Assembly (NCBI GenBank): GCA_965203175.1
Contig: OZ241867.1
Location: forward strand, 2,048,001 to 2,112,000
Direction of reading: 5' to 3'
Length of the DNA: 64,000 bases
From: Candidatus Latescibacterota bacterium
Lineage (GTDB): Bacteria > Latescibacterota > UBA2968 > UBA8231
Shown in pieces: positions 47,783-55,882 of this stretch. The notes beneath the pieces were generated by a model. It was given only the letters and a program-made list of their open reading frames with translations, was not told the DNA's origin and ran no database searches. The first letter of the stretch is position 1. Every line of letters starts with the position of its first letter. Position numbers and translations under genes: made by a program.

Positions 47783-50182
47783 ATGTGGAAGAGCAACCTG
47801 ATCATTGCCCTGCGCGTATTGGGGCGCAACAAGACGATCTCGCTGATTAACATCATCGGCCTGTCCGTGGCCTTTGCCGTGGCAGTCCTGTGTCTGCTGT
47901 TCGTGCGCCACGAGACCTCCTTTGACACTTGGCACGAAAAAGGGGACCGGATCTTCGCCATCTATCTTGATCCGCTAGAGCCCGAACCCGGTGCATTCTT
48001 TAACCGTTCCACGATGAGAGGTTACAGTCTGCGCGAGGACGTGCGTGCTAAAGTCGTCGGCATCCGCGAATCGGTTTCCATGCGGTTGGGCGTCGGTAAA
48101 GTCTCGTATGGAGATGCGACCTTTGATGAGTCCTTCCTCGCGGTCGATCCGGCTTTCCTCACTATGTTCACCTTGCCACTGGCTGCGGGCGATGCGGTGA
48201 CGGCTCTCGACGATTCTCAGAGCGTTGTTCTCGCCCATGAGACGGCCCAGAAGTACTTCGGTGCCGATGTTCCTGCCCACGCCCTACTGGGCAAGCGCAT
48301 CCGGCTGCACACCGTCGAGTGGGACCACTCGACATCGCCGCTGAAGGAGACGCCTATCGAGGTGGAGCGTACCATTGCGGGTGTACTGGCACCCCTGCCG
48401 GGGCCTTCCATTTTGCGTCTAAAGGTACTCGTGCCCGCAGTAACGGCCGAGGCCCTGTACTTCAGGGGGACAGGCGGACTCTTTGTTGAACTTGAAGAGG
48501 GCGTAGAGCCTGCCGAAGTGGAAACGCGGCTGGCACCCCTGATCTCGCGGGACCGATTGAAGTTGCAACCTTTTGCGGGTGCTCACTTAGGACCTAGGAT
48601 AATGGGACCCGTCCCCCTCGGTTATGGCTCGGTCGAGCATATCTATCTGTTGGCAGGGCTGGCCGCGCTCGTACTGCTGATAGCTGCCATCAACTTCGTC
48701 AACCTCGCCATGAGCCGCGCTATGACGCGGACCTTGGAAGTCGGGGTGCGCAAGGTGGTCGGCGCGACACGCTACCAGCTTTCCAACCAATTCCTCGCCG
48801 AAGCAATCGTAGTAAGCCTAATCGCCATCGCCGTTGGCATGGGCTTTGCCGAAATCGTGCTGCCGACGTTTAACGAGGTCATGCGTCAGCAACTCATGCA
48901 TCGGCAGCTAGAGATTGAGTGGCTGTCGGTCGAGACAGGGATAGGTGCCTTAACCCTTGCCGTGGTGGTCGGCGTACTCTCGGGTCTGTATCCGGCCCAA
49001 ATCGTTACGCGGCTCCATCCCGTCCGGGCACTGTCCCGCAAGACGCCTCAGCCGGGTCGCGGCTGGCTCGGTCGCGGTCTGATTGTCGTGCAGTTTGCGC
49101 TGTCGGCCGTTCTCCTCGTCGTGACGATCACTATGGCGCGACAGCTCGATTTTATGCGCACCAAGGATTTGGGCTTCGACGGCGACCAAGTCTTGCTGGC
49201 TATCCAATTTAAAGGCAGTCTCAATGCTTTGCAGATTGAGCGTCTCGCCGACGAGATCAATTTCCGGCCGGGACTTGTACAAGGAGTTACCGGTGCCTCG
49301 GCCGCACCCGGCTTTGGCGGCTTTCCCCCTATGACAATCCGGTCCGATGAGAACGAGCTCCGCGCTAAGCCCTTCTACGTAAGTCCAAACTTCCTGAGCG
49401 TCATGGGTATAGAGGTCCTCTCCGGGCAGGGCTTCGATCCCAATCTGCCGCACGGAGTTCTGCTCAACGAGACCGCCGCACGCCTCTTCGGCTCTGAAAA
49501 CCTAATCGGCCGCACCTTGACATCTACCCAAAATGATGGCGAGCCAATGACGGTGATCGGCATAGTCAAAGATTTCCACTTCGTGGATATGCGCCATACC
49601 ATAGGGCCGGCTTTTCTAACTACACCTATGCTAGAAGATCGGTTCAGGCGCACCCTGTTCCGGCTCGACCGCGCCGACCTGCCCGCGGCGGTCGAAGAGG
49701 TAAAGGCGCTGTGGAAGCGGGTTTTGCCGGAATACGAATTGTGGGGCGTGCGCTTCCTCGCCGAAGCCTTTGCCGAGAAATACGAGACTGAGCAGCGCAT
49801 CGGCCTTGTCATGCGATGGATGAGTGCCGTCGCCATTGCGATCTCCTGCATGGGGCTTTTTGGCTTGGTCGCTTTGGCATCCGTGCGGCGCACCAAGGAA
49901 ATTGGCATCCGCAAGGTATTGGGCGCTACGACCGGCAGCGTGCTGCTGTTGATGTCGCGCGAATTCGGCTGGCTGGTGGTGGCGGCCAATGTCATTGCTT
50001 GGCCTGTGGCTTATTTCGCGTTGAACCGCTGGCTCGCGCTCTACGCCTACCGCATTGACATGGGCGTGGGATGGTTTGTGCTGGCGGGCGTGGGCGTTCT
50101 CGCGGTTGCACTGGTCACTGTCAGCGGCCAAACGTGGCTGGCGGCGCGGACCAATCCGGCGGATGCGTTGAGATACGAATAG
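47783..50182 (+). CDS. FtsX/MacB-type duplicated ABC permease D1
   Basis: 799 aa; INIIGLSVA, AINFVNL..EVGVRK, RRTKEIGIRKVLGA, NPADALRYE. Confidence 0.92.
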   Translation: MWKSNLIIALRVLGRNKTISLINIIGLSVAFAVAVLCLLFVRHETSFDTWHEKGDRIFAIYLDPLEPEPGAFFNRSTMRGYSLREDVRAKVVGIRESVSMRLGVGKVSYGDATFDESFLAVDPAFLTMFTLPLAAGDAVTALDDSQSVVLAHETAQKYFGADVPAHALLGKRIRLHTVEWDHSTSPLKETPIEVERTIAGVLAPLPGPSILRLKVLVPAVTAEALYFRGTGGLFVELEEGVEPAEVETRLAPLISRDRLKLQPFAGAHLGPRIMGPVPLGYGSVEHIYLLAGLAALVLLIAAINFVNLAMSRAMTRTLEVGVRKVVGATRYQLSNQFLAEAIVVSLIAIAVGMGFAEIVLPTFNEVMRQQLMHRQLEIEWLSVETGIGALTLAVVVGVLSGLYPAQIVTRLHPVRALSRKTPQPGRGWLGRGLIVVQFALSAVLLVVTITMARQLDFMRTKDLGFDGDQVLLAIQFKGSLNALQIERLADEINFRPGLVQGVTGASAAPGFGGFPPMTIRSDENELRAKPFYVSPNFLSVMGIEVLSGQGFDPNLPHGVLLNETAARLFGSENLIGRTLTSTQNDGEPMTVIGIVKDFHFVDMRHTIGPAFLTTPMLEDRFRRTLFRLDRADLPAAVEEVKALWKRVLPEYELWGVRFLAEAFAEKYETEQRIGLVMRWMSAVAIAISCMGLFGLVALASVRRTKEIGIRKVLGATTGSVLLLMSREFGWLVVAANVIAWPVAYFALNRWLALYAYRIDMGVGWFVLAGVGVLAVALVTVSGQTWLAARTNPADALRYE

Positions 50183-50230
50183 AGGAAAAGGGAGCGTGTA
50201 GAACAGACCCCAAAGCCGAAAGGGAATGGG

Positions 50231-50310
50231 ATGCTGAGAACCTAATCATCACGGCTGGACGCAATCTCGTTCGGCACAAGGCGTATGCGCTACTGAATGT
50301 CGTTGGACTG
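50231..50310 (+). pseudogene. Frameshifted 5' remnant of a permease abutting the ANK4 leader
   Basis: ATGCTGAGA, then in another frame NLIITAGRNLVRHKAYALLNVVGL, which resembles MLRNNLIIAWRNLMRHRLHTAINLAGL. Confidence 0.75.
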
Positions 50311-50347
50311 ACATCCAACATCCATGAATGATAAAGGAGTTGATATC

Positions 50348-53300
50348 ATGTTGCCTTTTATCGCCTGTCTTATCGGGCTCGTGTTAAGTATTCGCGTCGG
50401 CGCGGAGCCGCTGGTGGAGGGCCGGATACGCCTATCGTCCGGGTTGCCAGCCGCTGGGGTGCAAGTGCGGCTGTTCGATTTGAGCGATCTGCGCCAGTCC
50501 GTCAGCGCGACGACGGATGCGACTGGCTATTTTGCGCTTTCGCTGCAAGCACTGTCAGGGGGAAGGAATGCGACCCTGCCCGCCGACTTTGTCTTGGGGC
50601 AGAATTACCCCAATCCGTTCAATCCTTCCACGGTCATTCCCTATCAACTGCCAGCGGCTGGTCCTGTGCGGCTGGAAGTGTTCAATATGCTGGGGCAGCG
50701 CTTGGTCCGGTTAGTCGATGGCGAACAGTCGGCGGGTGTGCACATGGCTCGGTGGGACGGTACGGATGCGGCGGGACGTGCGGTAGGAGCGGGGGTGTAT
50801 ATCTACCGGCTCAGCAGTGGGGGGATGGAGGTGAGTCGGCGGATGGTGCTGATTGACGGGCAGGCCGGGGTCCGCAGCGGTGCGCCGAGTAGGCCCTATA
50901 CGGCATCGGCTACCCAAGATCAGGCGTATGGCTTGGCCGTTTGGGGCTCGGACATGGTCGCCTATGTGGATCCCGCTTTCCAGATCCGAGACGGGATGGC
51001 CCCGGTAGACATCGTAGTGGAAAAGCGCAGTCTGTCTGGGCGGCGGAAGGTCGTTGCGGGTAGCCTCTTAGGGGATGTCAACGGCGATGGTCGCGTCGAT
51101 ATTGTCGATGCGCTGTTCGTGGCCATGTACAGCGTCGATCCTTCGACTTTGGCGGCTCATATTCCCAACATTTCTCTCGGCGATGTGGACGCTGATGGCG
51201 ACATCGACTTTACCGATGCCTATCTGATAGGGGCGTATAGCGTCAATCCGTTGGATCCCACATTGCCAGCGGGGATTGGCCAAGCCGTATCTGATTATGA
51301 CTCTCTGACTCCTGAGGCAGCTCGTAGTGCGCTAGATGATCGGGGGATTGCGTATACATCGGCATCCTTTTTGGAGCGCGTCCGAGCGGGGGATGTATCT
51401 GCGGTACGGCTGTTTATTGCGGCTGGGATGGACATCCACGCCCAAGATGACGATGGCACGACGGCCTTGATGTGGGCAGCTCGGGGTGGCGATGTGGAGG
51501 AGGTGCGCTTCTTGCTGGAAAACGGGGCCAATATAAATGCCCGGAATAACAACGGCATTACGGCCTTGATGTTCGCCGCTGCTGCGGGCCATGTGGAGGT
51601 CGTACGCCTCTTAGTAGAACAGTGGGTAGCGGCAGCAGGTGCTCAGGCCCAAGATGACGATGGCACGACAGTCTTGATGTGGGCGGCTCGGGGTGGCGAT
51701 GTGGAGATGGTGCGCTTCTTGGTCGACAACGGCGCTGACGTCCACGCCCAAGATGCCAACGGCATTACGGTTTTGATGTATGCCGCTTGGGGTGGCGATG
51801 TGGAGGTGGTGCGTTTCTTGGTCGACAACGGCGCTGACGTCCACGCCCAAGATGCCAACGGCATTACGGTTTTGATGTATGCCGCTTGGGGTGGCGATGT
51901 GGAGGTGGTGCGTCTTTTGCTCGACAACGGCACCGACCTCCACGCTCGGAATAACAACGACTGGACGGTTTTGATGTATGCCGCTTGGAGGGCTCACGTC
52001 GAGGTGGTGCGTTTCTTGGTCGAAAACGGGGCCGATATTCACGTCCAAAATAACGACGGCTGGACAGCCTTAATGCGGGCGACTCAGAGCGGCGATGTGG
52101 AGGTGGTTCGTTTCTTGGTCGACAACGGTGCCGACATAAATAAACAAACTAAACACGGCTTTACGGCCTTGACGTGGGCGGCTTTTGGTGGCGATGTGGA
52201 GATGGTTCGTTTCTTGGTCGACAACGGTGCCGACATTAACGCCCAAGAAGCAAGGGGTAGTACGGCCTTAATACAGGCGGCTTTTGGTGGCGATGTGGAG
52301 GTGGTTCGTTTCTTGGTCGACAACGGTGCCAACATAAATAGAAAAGATGACTACGGCTTTACGGCCTTAATGCGGGCGGCTCAGAGCGGCGATGTGGAGG
52401 TGGTGCGGTTTTTGCTTGCCAACGGCGCTGACCTTCACGCCCAAGCATTCTACTCTGGCAAGACGGTCTTGATGATGGCCGCTGATGAGGGCCGTGTCGA
52501 GGTCATACGCATCTTAGTAGAACAATGGGTAGCGGAAGCAGGCACGGATGCCCGAGATGCCTCTGGCCGGACGGTCTTGATGTGGGCGTCTTTTGGTGGC
52601 GATGTGGAGATGATGCGCTTTTTGCTGGAAAACGGGGCCGACATAAACGCCCAAAATGACAATGGCATTACGGTCTTGATGTATGGTGCTTGGGGCGGCG
52701 ATGTGGAGGTAGTGCGTCTTTTGCTTGCCAACGGCGCCGACCTCCACACCCAAGATTCTTCCGGCCGTACGGTCTTAATGTGGGCGGCTCGGGGCGGCGA
52801 TGTGGAGGTGGTTCGTCTTTTGCTCGCCAACGGCGCTGACCTCCACACCCCAAATGTCTCCGGCCGTACGGTCTTGATGGATGCGTCTTTTGGTGGCGAT
52901 GTCGGGGTCGTACGTCTTTTGCTTGATAACGGTGCCGACATAAACGCCCAAAATGACAACGGCATTACGGTCTTGATGTGGGCGTCTTTTGGTGGCGATG
53001 TGGAGGTAGTGCGTCTTTTGCTCGCCAACGGCGCTGACCTCCACACCCAAGATGTCTCCGGCACTACGGTCTTGATGTATGCGGCTCGGGGGGGTGATGC
53101 AGAGGTGATGCGTCTTTTGCTTGATAACGGCGCTGACACCGACATAAACGCGCAAAATGACAACGGCAGGACGGCCTTGATGTTCGCCTCTGATTTTGGG
53201 TACTCCGGTGGGGAGGGTGGTGTGGAGGTGGTACGTCTTTTGCTCGCCAATGGTGCCGACATAAACGCCCGAGATAACGACGGTTGGACGGCCTTGAACA

Positions 53301-53368
53301 TTGCCAAAAGCAGGGGAGGGCAACCAAGGGTGGTAGACCTTCTTGAAGCGGCTGGTGCCACGGAGTAA
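50348..53368 (+). CDS. Secreted ankyrin-repeat protein ANK4 (~19 repeats)
   Basis: As ANK1. AAAGGAG RBS precedes ATG 50348. Confidence 0.88.
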   Translation: MLPFIACLIGLVLSIRVGAEPLVEGRIRLSSGLPAAGVQVRLFDLSDLRQSVSATTDATGYFALSLQALSGGRNATLPADFVLGQNYPNPFNPSTVIPYQLPAAGPVRLEVFNMLGQRLVRLVDGEQSAGVHMARWDGTDAAGRAVGAGVYIYRLSSGGMEVSRRMVLIDGQAGVRSGAPSRPYTASATQDQAYGLAVWGSDMVAYVDPAFQIRDGMAPVDIVVEKRSLSGRRKVVAGSLLGDVNGDGRVDIVDALFVAMYSVDPSTLAAHIPNISLGDVDADGDIDFTDAYLIGAYSVNPLDPTLPAGIGQAVSDYDSLTPEAARSALDDRGIAYTSASFLERVRAGDVSAVRLFIAAGMDIHAQDDDGTTALMWAARGGDVEEVRFLLENGANINARNNNGITALMFAAAAGHVEVVRLLVEQWVAAAGAQAQDDDGTTVLMWAARGGDVEMVRFLVDNGADVHAQDANGITVLMYAAWGGDVEVVRFLVDNGADVHAQDANGITVLMYAAWGGDVEVVRLLLDNGTDLHARNNNDWTVLMYAAWRAHVEVVRFLVENGADIHVQNNDGWTALMRATQSGDVEVVRFLVDNGADINKQTKHGFTALTWAAFGGDVEMVRFLVDNGADINAQEARGSTALIQAAFGGDVEVVRFLVDNGANINRKDDYGFTALMRAAQSGDVEVVRFLLANGADLHAQAFYSGKTVLMMAADEGRVEVIRILVEQWVAEAGTDARDASGRTVLMWASFGGDVEMMRFLLENGADINAQNDNGITVLMYGAWGGDVEVVRLLLANGADLHTQDSSGRTVLMWAARGGDVEVVRLLLANGADLHTPNVSGRTVLMDASFGGDVGVVRLLLDNGADINAQNDNGITVLMWASFGGDVEVVRLLLANGADLHTQDVSGTTVLMYAARGGDAEVMRLLLDNGADTDINAQNDNGRTALMFASDFGYSGGEGGVEVVRLLLANGADINARDNDGWTALNIAKSRGGQPRVVDLLEAAGATE
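51716..51913 (+). repeat. Exact 99-bp tandem duplication within ANK4
   Basis: Two identical units encoding FLVDNGADVHAQDANGITVLMYAAWGGDVEVVR. Confidence 0.88.
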
Positions 53369-53398
53369 CATGGACAGCCCAAGAAAAAGCCGGATGAT

Positions 53399-55801
53399 AT
53401 GTGGAAGAGCAACCTGATCATTGCCCTGCGCGTGTTGGGGCGCAACAAGACGATCTCGCTGATCAACATCATCGGCCTATCCGTGGCCTTTGCCGTGGCA
53501 GTCCTGTGTCTGCTGTTCGTGCGCCACGAGACTTCCTTTGACGCTTGGCACGAAAAAGGGGACCGGATCTTCGCCATCTATCTTGAGCTTCTAAAGCCCG
53601 ACCCCGGTTCCTCCCCCAACCGTTCCACGAAGGTGGGTTACCGTCTGCGCGAGGACGTGCGCGCTAAAGTTCCCGGCATCCGCGAATCGGTTTCTATGAA
53701 GCTGGGATACGGCCAAGTCTCGTATGAAGATGCGAGCTTTGACGAGTCCTTCCTCGCTGTCGATCCGGCTTTCCTGACCATGTTCACCTTGCCGCTGGCG
53801 GCGGGCGATGCGACGACGGCCCTTGACGATCCCCAGAGCGTTGTTCTCACCCATGAGACTGCGCAGAAGTACTTCGGCCCAGATGTGCCAGCCCACGCCA
53901 TGCTGGGCAAGCACATCCGGCTGCATACCGTCGAGCGGGACTACTCGACATCGCCACCGAAGGAGACGCCTATCGAGGTAGAGCGCACCATTGCGGGTGT
54001 GCTGGCTCCCTTGCCGGGGCCTTCTATTTTGCGTCTAAAGGTACTCGTGCCCGCAGTAACAGCCGAGGCGCTGCACTTCAGAGGGGAAGACGGACTTTTT
54101 GTTGAACTCGAAGAGGGAGTAGAGCCTACCGAAGTGGAAACGCGGCTGGAGTCCCTGGTCTCGCGGGCCCGACTGAAGTTGCAACCTTTTGTGGGTGCTC
54201 ACATAGGACCTGAGATAGCGGGACCCGCCGACTTTGGTTATGGCAAGGTTGAGCATATCTATCTGCTGGCGGGACTGGCCGTGCTCGTGCTGCTGATCGC
54301 TGCTATCAACTTCGTCAACCTCGCCATGAGCCGCGCTATGACGCGGACCTTGGAAGTCGGGGTGCGCAAGGCAATCGGCGCGACGCGCCACCAGCTTTCC
54401 AACCAATTTCTCGCCGAAGCAATTGTGGTGAGCCTAATTTCCATCGTCGTTGGCATGGGCCTCGCCGAAGTCCTGCTGCCGACATTTAACGCGGTCGTGT
54501 ATCAGGAGCTAGAGATTGAGTGGCTGTCGGTCGAGACGGGGATAGGTGCCTTGACCCTTGCCTTGATGGTCGGCGTACTGTCGGGCTTGTATCCGGCCCA
54601 AGTGGTTGCGCGGCTCCATCCCGTCCGGGCACTGTCCCGCAAGACGCCTCAGCCGGGTCGCGGCTGGCTCGGTCGCGGTCTGATTGTCGTGCAGTTTGCG
54701 CTGTCGGCCGTTCTCCTCGTCGTGGCGATCACTATGGCGCGACAGCTCGATTTCATGCGCACCAAGGATTTGGGTTTCGACGGCGACCAGGTCGTGCTGA
54801 TTGCCCACAAAGGCGATCTCAATCCTTTGCAGATTGAGCGTCTCGCCGACGAGATCAATTCCCGACCGGGACTTTTACAAGGAGTCACTGGTGCTTGGCC
54901 AGCACCTGGCTTTGGCGGCTATCCCCCCATGCCAATCCGGTCCGATGAGAAAGTACTCCGCGCCAAGCCCTTCTACGTAAGTCCAAACTTCCTAAGCGTC
55001 ATGGGTATCGAAGTCCTCTCCGGACAGGGCTTCGATCCCAATCTGCCGCATGGCATCCTGCTCAACGAGACCGCTGCAGACTTCTTCGGCCCTGAAGACC
55101 TAATCGGCCGCACCTTGACAGGCCCTAGTGACGAGCCGATAACGGTGATCGGCATAGTCAAGGATTTCCACTTCGTGGATATGCGCCATACCATAGGACC
55201 GGCTTTTCTAACGACGAGTACGCTCATATCCAAGCCCAAACCCTTGGTGCAGGCAGACCAGTTCAAGTACACCCTATTTCGGCTCAACCGCGCCGACCTG
55301 CCCGCGGCAGTTGAAGAAGTAAAGGCGCTGTGGAAGCGGGTTTTGCCGGAATACGAATTATGGGGCGTGCGCTTCCTCGACGAGTCCTTTGCCGCGAGAT
55401 ACTGGGAAGAGCAGCGCGTCGGCGTTGTCATGAGATGGATGAGCGCCGTTGCCATTGCGATCTCCTGCATGGGGCTTTTTGGCTTGGTTGCCCTAGCGGC
55501 GGTGCGGCGCACCAAGGAAATTGGCATCCGCAAGGTATTAGGCGCTACGACTAGCAGCGTGCTGCTGTTGATGTCGCGCGAGTTCGGCTGGCTGGTGGTG
55601 GCGGCCAACGTTGTTGCCTGGCCTGTGGCTTATTTCGTCTTGAACCGCTGGCTCGCGTTCTACGCCTATCGGATTGACATCGGCCTGGGGTGGTTTGTGC
55701 TGGCGGGCGTGGGCGTTCTCGCGGTTGCGCTGGCTACCGTCAGCAGTCAGACGTGGTTAGCGGCGCGGACCAATCCGGCGGATGCGTTGAGATACGAGTA
55801 A
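53399..55801 (+). CDS. FtsX/MacB-type duplicated ABC permease D2
   Basis: 800 aa; paralog of D1. Confidence 0.92.
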   Translation: MWKSNLIIALRVLGRNKTISLINIIGLSVAFAVAVLCLLFVRHETSFDAWHEKGDRIFAIYLELLKPDPGSSPNRSTKVGYRLREDVRAKVPGIRESVSMKLGYGQVSYEDASFDESFLAVDPAFLTMFTLPLAAGDATTALDDPQSVVLTHETAQKYFGPDVPAHAMLGKHIRLHTVERDYSTSPPKETPIEVERTIAGVLAPLPGPSILRLKVLVPAVTAEALHFRGEDGLFVELEEGVEPTEVETRLESLVSRARLKLQPFVGAHIGPEIAGPADFGYGKVEHIYLLAGLAVLVLLIAAINFVNLAMSRAMTRTLEVGVRKAIGATRHQLSNQFLAEAIVVSLISIVVGMGLAEVLLPTFNAVVYQELEIEWLSVETGIGALTLALMVGVLSGLYPAQVVARLHPVRALSRKTPQPGRGWLGRGLIVVQFALSAVLLVVAITMARQLDFMRTKDLGFDGDQVVLIAHKGDLNPLQIERLADEINSRPGLLQGVTGAWPAPGFGGYPPMPIRSDEKVLRAKPFYVSPNFLSVMGIEVLSGQGFDPNLPHGILLNETAADFFGPEDLIGRTLTGPSDEPITVIGIVKDFHFVDMRHTIGPAFLTTSTLISKPKPLVQADQFKYTLFRLNRADLPAAVEEVKALWKRVLPEYELWGVRFLDESFAARYWEEQRVGVVMRWMSAVAIAISCMGLFGLVALAAVRRTKEIGIRKVLGATTSSVLLLMSREFGWLVVAANVVAWPVAYFVLNRWLAFYAYRIDIGLGWFVLAGVGVLAVALATVSSQTWLAARTNPADALRYE

Positions 55802-55882
55802 ATGTACGCCGCTTGGGTGAGAGTAGGCACTTGATATGCTAACTGTCCTCAAACTCTAAACAAGAATGCGAGAGATCACACT

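Noticed and set aside
38899-53368. CRISPR array suggested by regular repeats
   Set aside because: The period is 99-102 bp, in frame and coding for ankyrin repeats. There are no unique spacers and no cas genes.
43408-53577. Long antisense ORFs (43408-44562, 45609-46724, 46903-47961, 52450-53577)
   Set aside because: These are shadow frames of GC-rich repetitive ankyrin genes, with no independent motifs or RBS.
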